A stretch of DNA of 64,000 nt from NCBI GenBank assembly GCA_965221775.1, contig CBDCSU010000006.1, forward strand, positions 864,001 through 928,000. The letters run 5' to 3'. The DNA comes from Candidatus Latescibacterota bacterium (lineage in GTDB: Bacteria > Latescibacterota > UBA2968 > UBA8231). The notes beneath the pieces were generated by a model. The model ran no database searches. It had not been told where the DNA came from and saw nothing but the letters and a program-made list of their open reading frames with translations. Of this stretch, positions 1 to 9,763 are shown in pieces. The stretch's first letter is position 1. Every line of letters begins with the position of its first letter. The translations under genes were made by a program, and so were the position numbers.

Positions 1-393
1 GCCGACAGCACCGCCGCGGCCCCCGACGCCGAAGCGCCGCCGCCGCCCGCCGTGCCTGAGGAGGTCGAATCCCCAGACGCCGAGGAGGTCGAAGCCCCCG
101 CCGCGACGGAGGAGCCGCCGCCCGAGATGGTGCGCCTCCAGGGATGGCGGGTCCTGATCGCCCAGCACATGCGCCTCGAGGACGCCCGCGACCTGCGCGA
201 CCGGGCCGCGGCCCGGCTCGAGCGCCAGGACGTGGACATCCGCTTCGAGGAGCCGTGGTACAAGATCCTGGCCGGCAGCTTCCGCACCTCCGCGGCGGCG
301 CAGCAGTTCGCCGACCGCTGCCGCCGGCTGGGCTACCGCAGCGCCACCCGGATCCAGGCGGAGATCCTCATCCCCGAAGAGGAGCGGCCTTGA
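1..393 (+). CDS. SPOR domain protein (5'-truncated by window edge)
   Basis: Frame is open from base 1. Pro/Glu-rich linker followed by SPOR-like GWRVLIA...PWYKILAGSFRTSAAAQQFADRCRRLGY. Confidence 0.8.
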   Translation, partial: ADSTAAAPDAEAPPPPAVPEEVESPDAEEVEAPAATEEPPPEMVRLQGWRVLIAQHMRLEDARDLRDRAAARLERQDVDIRFEEPWYKILAGSFRTSAAAQQFADRCRRLGYRSATRIQAEILIPEEERP

Positions 394-2393
394 GGTTTCT
401 GCCCGCCGTCATCGCCGTCGCCGCGGTTCAGTGGACCGCCTGCGCCAGCCTCCACGCGCCCCGCCAGCCGGCCCCCGAGGCCGCCCCCGAGCCGGGGCCC
501 CGCGCCGCCGAGGTCGATCCATCGCGCGAGCCCGAGTTCGACGCCGCCCTGCGCGAGGCCCGCTGGCGCTGGCTGCGCGCCCTCGACGAGCTCCGCGCCG
601 AGCGCCACGACCGCGCCCGCGAGGAGCTGGACCAGGCCTACTACACCCTGGCCCTGATCGACGGCAGCCCCATCCTCGACGAGCTCGGCGAGCGCGACGG
701 CCAGGCCGAGGTCGACGCCCTGGCCGCCGACCTCGGGCGCGCCTACCTGAAGGTCCTGCCCTTCGTCGAGCACCTCTCCCCCGACAGCCCCCTGTCCCTC
801 GTGCTCTCCGAGCTGGCCGACGAAGTCCTGGAGGAGCTGCCGGAGGACGCCGTCCCCCTCGTGCGCATCCACCAGATGGCCCCCCGGTGCGACTTCCCCA
901 TCGACGCCAACGACCGCGTCGCCGCCAGCATCCACTTCTTCCAGACCCGCGCCCGCGAGACCTGGCAGGCCTGGACCCGGCGGGCGGGGCGCTACCGGGA
1001 CCTGATCCTGCCCGTCCTGCGCGAGGAAGGGCTGCCCGAGGATCTGTTCTACCTGTCCATGATCGAGAGCGGCTTCAACCCGCGGGCCTACTCGCGGGCC
1101 CACGCCTCCGGCCTGTGGCAGTTCATCCGGCAGACCGGCCGTCTCGAGGGACTGGTGATCGACAGCTGGGTCGACGAGCGCCGGGATCCGGTGAAGTCGA
1201 CGCGCGCCGCGGTGCAGCACCTGAAGGGCCTGTACGCCGAGTTCGGCGACTGGCGCCTGGCGGCGGCGGCCTACAACTCCGGCCGCGGCCGGGTGAGCCG
1301 GGCCATCCAGCGGGCCGGCACCACCGACTTCTGGCAGCTTCCCCTGCCCCGGGAGACCCGCAACTACGTGCCCCTGATCATGGCCGCGGCGGTCATCTCC
1401 AAGGACCCGCAGCGCTTCGGCTTCGATCCGGTCGAGCCGGACCCGCCGATCCTCTGGGAACACGTGCGGCTGCGGGAGCTGATCGACCTGAACACCGCCG
1501 CCCGGCTCCTCGGCGTGTCCGTGAGTCTCCTGCGCAACCTCAATCCGGAGCTGCGCAGCCTCTTCACCCCTTACCGGCCCGAGAGCGGCTACCTGCTCAA
1601 GGTGCCCGAGGGCCGCGGCGACGACTTCCTGGCCGCCTTGGCGCGGCTGCCGAAGTCGGAGAAGCGCGGGGTCGCGCGGTACACGGTCCGGCAAGGCGAC
1701 AACCTCTGGAGCATCGCCCGCGCCTTCGGGGTGGACCACCGGCGGCTGGCCGAGGCCAACGGGCTCTCCGGGCGCTCCCTGATCCATCCCGGGCGGACCC
1801 TCGTGGTCCCGATCGTGAGGGGGGCCGCCATCCCGGGCTCGACCCCGGCGCCGGAGGGGGGCGCGGTGCACACCGTCCGCTCCGGCGAGTCCCTGTGGTC
1901 GATCAGCCGGCGCTACGGCGTCCGCGTGGAGGACCTGCGCGCCTGGAACGGGCTTGCCGACAACCTCCTGCAGCCGGGGCAGAAGCTCAACGTGGGCCGC
2001 GGAGCGCTGGTGACGCGCCAGCGGTCGCCCGGGGGAGGCGATGCCCCCGCCCCGGCGGTCCGCGCCGGCCGCCGCGTGCACACCGTCAGCCGGGGCGAGT
2101 CGCTGTGGTCGATCTCGCGGACCCACCTGGTGACGGTGGCCGACCTCCGGCTCTGGAACGGGCTCGCCGACGACGTCATCCGCCCGGGGCAGAGCCTGTA
2201 CCTGGCCGGCGCCGGCTCGGCCGGTGGCGGCTCCTACACCGTGGTGGGGGGGGACACGCTCTACGGCATCGCCCGCCGCTTCGGCGTCGACGTCGCCGAT
2301 ATCGCCCGGCGGAACAACCTGAGCCTGTCGTCGGCCCTGCTCATCGGCATGGAGCTGCACATCCCCGTCGGCGAGGCGCTCGAGGGGCCCTGA
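390..2393 (+). CDS. mltD: Membrane-bound lytic murein transglycosylase D-like (SLT domain plus 4 LysM)
   Basis: SLT motifs MIESGFNPRAYS, ASGLWQF, AAYNSG, ETRNYV and four LysM repeats (YTVRQGDNLWSIA etc.). A TTG start at 390 overlaps the upstream stop and gives a lipoprotein-like signal. Confidence 0.9.
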   Translation: MRFLPAVIAVAAVQWTACASLHAPRQPAPEAAPEPGPRAAEVDPSREPEFDAALREARWRWLRALDELRAERHDRAREELDQAYYTLALIDGSPILDELGERDGQAEVDALAADLGRAYLKVLPFVEHLSPDSPLSLVLSELADEVLEELPEDAVPLVRIHQMAPRCDFPIDANDRVAASIHFFQTRARETWQAWTRRAGRYRDLILPVLREEGLPEDLFYLSMIESGFNPRAYSRAHASGLWQFIRQTGRLEGLVIDSWVDERRDPVKSTRAAVQHLKGLYAEFGDWRLAAAAYNSGRGRVSRAIQRAGTTDFWQLPLPRETRNYVPLIMAAAVISKDPQRFGFDPVEPDPPILWEHVRLRELIDLNTAARLLGVSVSLLRNLNPELRSLFTPYRPESGYLLKVPEGRGDDFLAALARLPKSEKRGVARYTVRQGDNLWSIARAFGVDHRRLAEANGLSGRSLIHPGRTLVVPIVRGAAIPGSTPAPEGGAVHTVRSGESLWSISRRYGVRVEDLRAWNGLADNLLQPGQKLNVGRGALVTRQRSPGGGDAPAPAVRAGRRVHTVSRGESLWSISRTHLVTVADLRLWNGLADDVIRPGQSLYLAGAGSAGGGSYTVVGGDTLYGIARRFGVDVADIARRNNLSLSSALLIGMELHIPVGEALEGP

Positions 2394-2878
2394 TGCTCCC
2401 CGTCGCGCGCCACGTCCTCTTCCTCGCCCTGGCCTTCATCCTCCAGTCGACCTGGATCCACCACCTGCAGGTCGCCGGGGTCATGCCCGATCTCGTGCTC
2501 ATGGTGGTCGTCTTCGTCGCCCTCATTTCGGGCCCCCTGGAGGCGACGGTCCTGGGCTTTCTGGCCGGGCTCTGCCAGGATGCCTACTCCCCTCCGGACC
2601 TGGGCCTGAACGCCCTGGCCAAGTCCCTCGTGGGGTTCGGCGTCGGAGCCACCCGCGAGGGCCTGCTGGCCGACACCGTCCAGGTGCAGGTGGGCGTGCT
2701 CGTGGCCGCCGTGCTCGTCCACGATCTCATCTACTACATCGGCGCCAGCTCGACCTCCTTCGAGGAGGTGCCCGGCATGATGTTCCGCTTCAGCCTCGGG
2801 CGCGCCCTCTACACCGGCCTCATCGGTCTGATCGCCGCCCTGGCGATCCGCCTGCGCCGACGGGTGATCGCCGACTAG
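2393..2878 (+). CDS. mreD: Rod shape-determining protein MreD
   Basis: Hydrophobic 161 aa with PDLVLMVVVF and GFLAGLCQD. Directly upstream of PBP2, TGATG coupling. Confidence 0.85.
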   Translation: MLPVARHVLFLALAFILQSTWIHHLQVAGVMPDLVLMVVVFVALISGPLEATVLGFLAGLCQDAYSPPDLGLNALAKSLVGFGVGATREGLLADTVQVQVGVLVAAVLVHDLIYYIGASSTSFEEVPGMMFRFSLGRALYTGLIGLIAALAIRLRRRVIAD

Positions 2879-2884
2879 CGCGCC

Positions 2885-4642
2885 ATGGACCCCGAGGCCC
2901 TCCAGGGCTTCTTCCGCAGGACCCGCCTCGTCGCCGTGGTGGCCGTGCTCTTCGCCATCCTCCTGGTGCGCCTGTTCCACCTGCAGATCCTGGAGGGCGC
3001 CGGCTATGCCCAGGCCGCGGAGGACAACCGCATCGCCCGCAAGCGCCTGAAGGCGCCCCGGGGGCTGATCCTCGACCGGGACGGCGAGATCCTGGCGCGC
3101 GACCGGGCCTCGTACGGCATCCTCCTGACCCGGGGGCGGCGCGCGGTGGACTCCATGGCCGTCGCCGCTCTCGAAGAGGCCGTCGGCCACCCCCTTCGCT
3201 ACGACCGCGGCCGGCGCACCCTCCGCCTGAAGCGGGACGTCGACTTCCGCACCGTGGCCATCGTCGAGGAGCGCCTGAGGGAGGACTGGGCCCTGCAGGT
3301 GCAGATCGAGCCGCAGCGGCTCTATCCCCACGGCCCCCTGACGGCGCACGTGATCGGCTACATGGGTGAGCTGCAGGAGGCGGAGCTGGGCGGAGGGCCG
3401 CACCACGTGGCCGGAGACTACGTCGGCAAGACCGGGCTGGAGCGCGACTTCGAGGACAGCCTGCGAGGGCTGGACGGGGTGGCCTACGTCGAGGTCGACG
3501 CGGGGCAGCGCATCCAGAACGAGCACCCCTTCCCCGACCGCGACCGGCCGGCGCGGCCGGGCGGCTCCCTGCAGCTGACGCTGGACCTGGACCTGCAGCG
3601 GGCGGCGGTGGGGGCGATGCCCGATTCGCTGGCCGGCAGCGTCGTCGCCCTCGACGTGCGCACCGGGGCGGTCCGCGCCCTGGTGAGCTACCCCTCCTTC
3701 GACCCCAACGCCTTCGTCTCCTTCGGGGCCCAGGCCGACCGCGTGCGGCTGATGCGCGACCCGGCCCGGCCCCTCCTGAACCGGGCCATCCGCGGGCGCT
3801 ATCCGCCCGGATCGACGCTGAAGATGGTCGCCGCGGCGGCGGCGCTGGAGAGAGGTCTCACCGATACCCTGTCCACCTTCCCCCCGTGCTACGGGTCGAT
3901 GTCGATGGGCGATGTCGTGTTCCGCTGCGCCAGCCGCCGGGGGCACGGCGAGCTCGGCCTCCTGGAGGCGATGGAGACCTCCTGCAACATCTACTTCTAC
4001 CACCTCGCCCAGCTCCTGGGGATCGATGCCTGGCACGACTACGGACGGCGCCTGGGCCTCGGCTCCCCCACCGGCATCGACCTCGACCCCGGCGAGGTCT
4101 CCGGCCAGCTCCCCGACCGCCGGTTCTACGCCGACCGTCAGGGCTGGGCCCTGGGCTACCTGATGAACCTGGTCATCGGGCAGGGGGAGACCCTGGTGAC
4201 CCCGCTGCAGGTGGCCCGCTACGTGGCCGCCCTCGCCAACGGCGGCTATCTCGTCACCCCGCACCTGCACGGCCGGCCGCCGCCGGCGCAGCGGATCGAG
4301 GGCCTCTCGGCCTCCACCCTCGGCATCGTGCGGCGCGCCATGCACCGCGTCGTCCACGGAGACCGCGGCACCGGCCGAAGTGCCCGGATCGAGGGCCTGG
4401 CGATCGCCGGCAAGTCGGGGACCGCCCAGGGCCCGAACCGGGACGACGACGCCTGGTTCGTCGCCTTTGCTCCGTACCAGCGTCCCGAGATCGCCGTCGT
4501 CGCCGTCGTCGAAGGCGGGGGCGGCGGCGGCGCCGTGGCCGCGCCGGTGGTGCGCGCCGTCCTCGAGGCGTGGCTGGCCGACCGCGCCGACAAGCGCTCC
4601 ATGGCGGCGGCTCCCGCCGCGGCAGGGGAAGAGGGATCGTGA
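2885..4642 (+). CDS. mrdA: Penicillin-binding protein 2
   Basis: N-terminal TM, APRGLILDR, active-site motifs PGSTLK, SCN and KSGTAQ. Confidence 0.93.
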   Translation: MDPEALQGFFRRTRLVAVVAVLFAILLVRLFHLQILEGAGYAQAAEDNRIARKRLKAPRGLILDRDGEILARDRASYGILLTRGRRAVDSMAVAALEEAVGHPLRYDRGRRTLRLKRDVDFRTVAIVEERLREDWALQVQIEPQRLYPHGPLTAHVIGYMGELQEAELGGGPHHVAGDYVGKTGLERDFEDSLRGLDGVAYVEVDAGQRIQNEHPFPDRDRPARPGGSLQLTLDLDLQRAAVGAMPDSLAGSVVALDVRTGAVRALVSYPSFDPNAFVSFGAQADRVRLMRDPARPLLNRAIRGRYPPGSTLKMVAAAAALERGLTDTLSTFPPCYGSMSMGDVVFRCASRRGHGELGLLEAMETSCNIYFYHLAQLLGIDAWHDYGRRLGLGSPTGIDLDPGEVSGQLPDRRFYADRQGWALGYLMNLVIGQGETLVTPLQVARYVAALANGGYLVTPHLHGRPPPAQRIEGLSASTLGIVRRAMHRVVHGDRGTGRSARIEGLAIAGKSGTAQGPNRDDDAWFVAFAPYQRPEIAVVAVVEGGGGGGAVAAPVVRAVLEAWLADRADKRSMAAAPAAAGEEGS

Positions 4643-5850
4643 GGGCCCGGGAGCTGGACGTGGCCCTGGTCCTGGCCGCGGCCGCCATCATCGCCTGCGG
4701 CGTCACCATGGTCTACAGCGCCGCCGGCTCCGGACTGTGGCGCCATCAGGCGGTGGTCGCCATCGTCGCCCTGGCCGCGGCCCTGGCCGTGGCCTACCTG
4801 CCCCCCACGGCGTTCTACGAGATCGCCTACCCGGTGTACGCCGCCGGCCTCGTGAGCCTGCTCCTGGTGCTGGTCTGGGGCTCCGGCGAACCGGCCCGCT
4901 GGCTGGCCCTGGGCCCGGTGCGGATGCAGCCGTCGGAGTTCGCCAAGATCGGCGTCGTCCTGGCCCTGGCCCGGTTCTTCGCGGACCGATCCGCCGAGCA
5001 GGCCGGACGGCCGCGGGCGATCGCCCAGGCCCTGCTCCTGCCGGTCCTGCCCATGCTCCTGGTGCGCCATCAGCCGGACCTGGGCACGGCCGTCTCCTAC
5101 GGGGCGGCCTTCGTGCCGATGCTCTACTGGGCGGGGGTGAGGCCCCTTCACATCTTCTTCCTCCTGGCCCCGGCCCTGAGCGTGTTCTTCTCCTTCGAGC
5201 CCCTGTGGCAGGACCGGGCGCCGGTCATCTTCGCCCTCTTCATCCTCGCCAGCTCGGTCGTCATCCAGGTACGGCTCGTGCGGCTGTGGATCACCTTCGC
5301 CATGCTCTTCGTCAACCTGACCGCGGGGCTGGCCACGGCCCTGTGGACCAACCTCCTCCACGACTACCAGAAGGCCCGCATCCTCACCTTCCTCGACCCC
5401 GAGAGCGATCCCCTGGGAGCCGGCTGGAACATCATCCAGTCGAAGATCGCCATCGGTTCGGGGGGGCCCACGGGCCGGGGGTTCCTGCAGGGCACGCAGA
5501 CCAACTACGAGTTCCTGCCGGTGGCCCACACGGACTTCATCTTCTCCGTCATCGGCGAGGAGTTCGGTTTCCTCGGCGGCGCCGCCATCCTCGTCCTCTT
5601 CCTCCTCATCATCTGCCGCTGCCTGCACATCGCCACCCTGGCCAACAGCCGGTTCTCCAGCCTGCTGGCGGTGGGCGTGGCCTCGATGCTCACCTTCCAC
5701 GTCTTCGTCAACGTGGGCATGACCATCGGCGTCCTGCCGATCACCGGCCTGCCCCTGCCCTTCCTCAGCTACGGCGGCTCGTCGCTGCTGACCAACTGCT
5801 TCGCCGTGGGCCTGATGCTGCACATCTACGCCTGCCGCCACGAGTACTGA
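4639..5850 (+). CDS. rodA: RodA SEDS peptidoglycan glycosyltransferase
   Basis: QPSEFAK, QPDLGT, HTDFIFSVIGEEFGF, LPFLSYGGSS. GTG start overlaps the mrdA stop. Confidence 0.93.
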   Translation: MRARELDVALVLAAAAIIACGVTMVYSAAGSGLWRHQAVVAIVALAAALAVAYLPPTAFYEIAYPVYAAGLVSLLLVLVWGSGEPARWLALGPVRMQPSEFAKIGVVLALARFFADRSAEQAGRPRAIAQALLLPVLPMLLVRHQPDLGTAVSYGAAFVPMLYWAGVRPLHIFFLLAPALSVFFSFEPLWQDRAPVIFALFILASSVVIQVRLVRLWITFAMLFVNLTAGLATALWTNLLHDYQKARILTFLDPESDPLGAGWNIIQSKIAIGSGGPTGRGFLQGTQTNYEFLPVAHTDFIFSVIGEEFGFLGGAAILVLFLLIICRCLHIATLANSRFSSLLAVGVASMLTFHVFVNVGMTIGVLPITGLPLPFLSYGGSSLLTNCFAVGLMLHIYACRHEY

Positions 5851-5854
5851 CGGC

Positions 5855-6937
5855 ATGCGCCCTCCGCCGCGGCTCTGGGCCGGCGCCGCCGCCGCCGTCT
5901 TCGTGGTGCAGAGCCACTGCGGCATGCCCGCCGTCCCCCACGGCAACCTGGCCCAGTGGTTCGCCGAGCGCGGCCTGCACGAGCGCGCCCTGGTCTCGGC
6001 CCGCCGGGCCGCGCGCGAGACTCCCCGGGACCCCCGGCCCCACGCCATCGCCGCCATCGCCCACGCCGGCCTGGGCGCCCGCCGCGAGGCGGTGGCCGCC
6101 CTCGAGCACGCCCTGCGCCTCGACCCGGACGACCCCCGCCTCTACGGGACCCTGCGCTCCCTGGCCGCCGGGTCGGGACAGGAAGCCCTGGCCCTCGAGG
6201 CGCTGCGGCGGCTCGAAGAGGACCGCCCCGGCCACTGGCTGCTGCGCCTGAACCTGGGGTGGGCCCATGCCGCCGCGGGCCACCGGGAAGAGGCGCTCCG
6301 CCGGCTCGAGGAGGTGGTGGAGAGCGCCGACTCGACGGCCCCCCGGGCCGAACGCACCCTCGCCCACTACGAGCTGAGCCGCCTCTACCTCGACGAGGAC
6401 CGCACCGGCGATGCCGCCCGGGTCCTGGAGAGCGGTCTCGGCCTCGATCCCGACGACCCCCTGCTGCTGCTGGGCGCCGGCGAGAGCCGCCTGCGGGCCG
6501 GGGAGCCGGAGCGCGCCCGCCGGCACTTCGCCCGCGCCCTCGACAACGCCGACGACATGGAGCGGACGGCTTCGAGCATCGCCAGGATCTACTACGACTC
6601 GGGACTCCGGGAGCTGGCCATCGAGTACTACGAGAAGGCGGCGGGCCGGAGCCGGCCCTCGCCCCTGGTGCTCAACAACCTCGCCTGGACCTATGCCGAG
6701 GCGGGCCTGCGCCTCGACCGCGCCCAGGAGCTGTCCCTGCGCGCGGTCAAGAGCGACGCCGACAACGTCGTCTACCTCGACACCTACGCGGAGGTCCTCT
6801 TCCGCCGGGGGCGGACCGGTCAGGCCATCGCCCTGATGCGCCGCTGCCTCGAGCTCGAGCCGGAGGACGGCGAGCACTACGAGTACCTGCGCGGCCAGAT
6901 GGCCCGCTTCGAAGCCGCCGCCGACTCGCTGCTCTAG
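5855..6937 (+). CDS. Tetratricopeptide repeat protein
   Basis: Repeated TPR helices, including NNLAWTYAE and YLDTYAEV. Confidence 0.8.
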   Translation: MRPPPRLWAGAAAAVFVVQSHCGMPAVPHGNLAQWFAERGLHERALVSARRAARETPRDPRPHAIAAIAHAGLGARREAVAALEHALRLDPDDPRLYGTLRSLAAGSGQEALALEALRRLEEDRPGHWLLRLNLGWAHAAAGHREEALRRLEEVVESADSTAPRAERTLAHYELSRLYLDEDRTGDAARVLESGLGLDPDDPLLLLGAGESRLRAGEPERARRHFARALDNADDMERTASSIARIYYDSGLRELAIEYYEKAAGRSRPSPLVLNNLAWTYAEAGLRLDRAQELSLRAVKSDADNVVYLDTYAEVLFRRGRTGQAIALMRRCLELEPEDGEHYEYLRGQMARFEAAADSLL

Positions 6938-8493
6938 CCGCGGCCCCCCGCCGGCCGGCGCAGCACCCGCTCCAGCAGCGCGCGGTCCTCCCTCTCCAGA
7001 CGCAGGGCCGCAAGCACGATCCCGTACACCAGGAGGAAGACCGCCGCCGAGGCCACCGCCCCCAGGGCGTGCCCGGCGGCGCCCGGCAGCCAGGCGGCCG
7101 CCGCGGCGGCGGCCGAGGCGGCGAGGAGGGGCTTGAGGAGGCTGCGGCGCAGGGGCCAGGTGCCGCGCACCACGTAGAGCTGCCCGAGGCGCCAGAGGTT
7201 GACCAGGAGCATCGACGCGGCGGCCCCCAGGGCCGCGCCGAGGGCGCCCCAGACCTCGATCAGCCACAGGTTGAGGCCGAAGTTCAGGGCCAGCCACAGG
7301 CCGTTGTTGAGGAAGTTGAGCCCCGGCCGCCCGGACATGGCCAGCAGCGGCTCGGCGACGGCGAAGACGCTGTGCACGGTCATGCCCACGCACAGCACGA
7401 CCAGCACCCGCAGGGCCAGGGTCAGGCCGGCCAGGTCGAGTCCGCCGGCGGCCAGCAGCGACAGCAACGGATCTCCCAGCAGCAGCAGACAGCCGGCCAG
7501 CGGCAGGTTCACGGTGAGGATCCAGCGGGCCACGGTGGCGAACCGGTCCCCCAGGGCTTCCTCCCGGCGGCGGAGGGAGAGATCGCTGACCACCGGGCTG
7601 AAGATGGCGTCGAAGGCCTGGGGCGCCTTGAGGACGATGCTCGCCGCCCGGCGGGCGAGGATGTAGACGGCCAGCACCCAGGGGTCGACGTACTTGGCGA
7701 GCATGAGCACGTCGAGCTGCGCGAGCAGGGAGTAGAGGAGGTCGGTGAGGGTGACGGGCACGCAGAAGCGGGTCAGGGGCCGCAGCGGCGGACTCCCGGC
7801 GGCCGCCCCCGCGGCGTCGAGGAGGGAGAAGTGGCGCCGGAAGTACCGGGCCGCCAGCAACAGGGTGCCGGCGCCCATGGCCAGCTGCACCCAGGCGATC
7901 GCCGCGAGCCCGAGGCCGGCGAGACCGACGGCGGTGCCTCCGGCGAAGAGGATGAGGGGCCCGGCCACGGAGCGGACGTAGACCTCGTAGCGCATGATGC
8001 GCAGGGCCCGGGTGGCGGCGGTGAGGACGCACCCCAGGGCCAGGCAGGGCGCGGTCCAGGCCATGATCCGCAGGACCCCGGCCACGGGCTTGTCGTAGAA
8101 GGCGGCGATGCGGTCGGCCAGCAGGGTCACGGCGGCGGCGACGGCGACGCCGGCGATGGCGGCCACCAGCAGGCCGGCGGCGATGGCGGCGCTCTCCCGG
8201 CGCCGGTCGCCCGAGGCGCGGGCGGCGGTGACGTGATAGACGACGCCGCGCTGCAGCCCGAAGCGGGCCAGGGTGTTGAGGGTGGAGCAGACGGCCCAGG
8301 CCATCGAGTAGAGGCCGACTACCTCGAGGCCGCAGAGGAGGGTGATCACCCACAGGAAGGCGCCGCGCGACAGGCGCGCCGCCTTGCCGGCGAGCACCAC
8401 CAGGGCGCCGCCGGCGAGATCGCGCAGGTCGTCCTCGTCGCCGCGGGACGGATCCGGGCCGGGGACCGCCGGGTCCAGGCCGGCCGTCGTCAT
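6934..8493 (-). CDS. Oligosaccharide flippase (Wzx/MOP family)
   Basis: Many TM segments, with MOP-like DLLYSLLAQLDVLML and LGAALGAA. Adjacent to a glycosyltransferase. Confidence 0.8.
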   Translation of the reverse strand: MTTAGLDPAVPGPDPSRGDEDDLRDLAGGALVVLAGKAARLSRGAFLWVITLLCGLEVVGLYSMAWAVCSTLNTLARFGLQRGVVYHVTAARASGDRRRESAAIAAGLLVAAIAGVAVAAAVTLLADRIAAFYDKPVAGVLRIMAWTAPCLALGCVLTAATRALRIMRYEVYVRSVAGPLILFAGGTAVGLAGLGLAAIAWVQLAMGAGTLLLAARYFRRHFSLLDAAGAAAGSPPLRPLTRFCVPVTLTDLLYSLLAQLDVLMLAKYVDPWVLAVYILARRAASIVLKAPQAFDAIFSPVVSDLSLRRREEALGDRFATVARWILTVNLPLAGCLLLLGDPLLSLLAAGGLDLAGLTLALRVLVVLCVGMTVHSVFAVAEPLLAMSGRPGLNFLNNGLWLALNFGLNLWLIEVWGALGAALGAAASMLLVNLWRLGQLYVVRGTWPLRRSLLKPLLAASAAAAAAAWLPGAAGHALGAVASAAVFLLVYGIVLAALRLEREDRALLERVLRRPAGGRG

Positions 8494-8596
8494 CGGCCCC
8501 CTGACCCCGGGCCCCGGAGAACCGGACCTCCCGGTCTCACCTGGCGGCCGCGTCCGCGGGCGGCGGGCGCCCCCCGGCGAACCGCCCCTCCCGGAC

Positions 8597-9763
8597 TCAC
8601 GCGGCGGCCCCCTCGGCGGGCGGCGGACGCCCATCGGCGATGACGGCGCGCACCACCTCGGCCGAGCGCCGGCCCAGGGCCTCGACGCTGAACTCGGCCT
8701 GCACCCGCAGGCGCGCCTCGCGTCCCATGCGGCGCCGCGCCTCGTGGTCCGAGAGCAGGTGGAGGAGGCCCTGGGCCGTGGCCGCCGGATCGTCGGCCGG
8801 CACCAGCCACCCCGTGCGCCCGTGGACCACCACCTCCGGGGTCCCGCCGCCGTCGACGCCGACGCTCGGCAGGCCGAAGGCCCCGGCCTCGATGTAGACG
8901 TTTCCCAGGCCCTCCTCGACGCTGGTGAGGGCGAAGACCGAGGCGCGGCCGTACTCCGCCCGCAGGGGCGCCGAGCGCGGGCGCAGGGCGCCGACGAAGA
9001 CGACGCGGCGGGCCAGCCCCAGCTCCCCGGAGAGGCGCTCCAGGCGGCCCCGCTCGGGGCCGTCCCCGACCACCGTGCAGCTCAGGCCCGGCATCTGCGC
9101 GGAGGCGGCGGCGACGGCGCGCAGGACCACGTCGACCCGCTTCTGCCGCGTCAGCCGGGCGACGGTGAGCACGGAGGCAGGGGTCCCGGGGCCCCCCGCC
9201 TCCACGGGGCCGCCCGCGGACCAGGTGAAGTCGAAGGCGGGATAGCTGACGAAGAGGCGGTCTGCCTCCACTCCCCGGGAGGCGGCGAGGCGCGCCATGC
9301 CGCGGCTGGCGGCGGCGACCCCCGCCGAGCGCCGGTAGGCCCGGCGCAGGGCCAGGCTCTCCAGGCGCCGCCACGGCCCCCTCCCCGGCAGGCGCGTGCG
9401 CAGGTCGCTGCCGCGGGCGCTGGTGATCAGCGGACACGGCAGGTGCGAGAGCAGGCCCGCCACGCGCGTGCCCATGCCGTTGGTCGTCCACAGGCAGTCG
9501 GGCCGCAGCCGCTCCAGCTCCCGGCGGAGGGCGCCGAGGCAGCGGCCGTAGCGCTGCAGGGCGCCGGCCGCCGGCCGCAGCCGCCGCACCGGAAAGGGCA
9601 GGCCGTCCTCGGCCACGGCGGGTCCCATGGTCAGCACGTGGACCTCGACCCCCTGCGACGCCAGCCCCAGGGCCAGGCCGCGCGCGTAGGCCGCGGTCCC
9701 CGCCGCCTCGGGCGGAAAGCGCGTGCCGAAGAGGAGCACCCGGGGCGCCGGCCGCTCAGCCAT
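8597..9763 (-). CDS. Glycosyltransferase family 4
   Basis: VARLTRQKRVD and EEGLGNVYIEAGAFGLP (EX7E motif). Confidence 0.9.
   Translation of the reverse strand: MAERPAPRVLLFGTRFPPEAAGTAAYARGLALGLASQGVEVHVLTMGPAVAEDGLPFPVRRLRPAAGALQRYGRCLGALRRELERLRPDCLWTTNGMGTRVAGLLSHLPCPLITSARGSDLRTRLPGRGPWRRLESLALRRAYRRSAGVAAASRGMARLAASRGVEADRLFVSYPAFDFTWSAGGPVEAGGPGTPASVLTVARLTRQKRVDVVLRAVAAASAQMPGLSCTVVGDGPERGRLERLSGELGLARRVVFVGALRPRSAPLRAEYGRASVFALTSVEEGLGNVYIEAGAFGLPSVGVDGGGTPEVVVHGRTGWLVPADDPAATAQGLLHLLSDHEARRRMGREARLRVQAEFSVEALGRRSAEVVRAVIADGRPPPAEGAAA

Noticed and set aside
8512-8609. Imperfect ~38-bp direct repeat between the GT4 and flippase genes
   Set aside because: Only two degenerate GC-rich copies with no functional clue.
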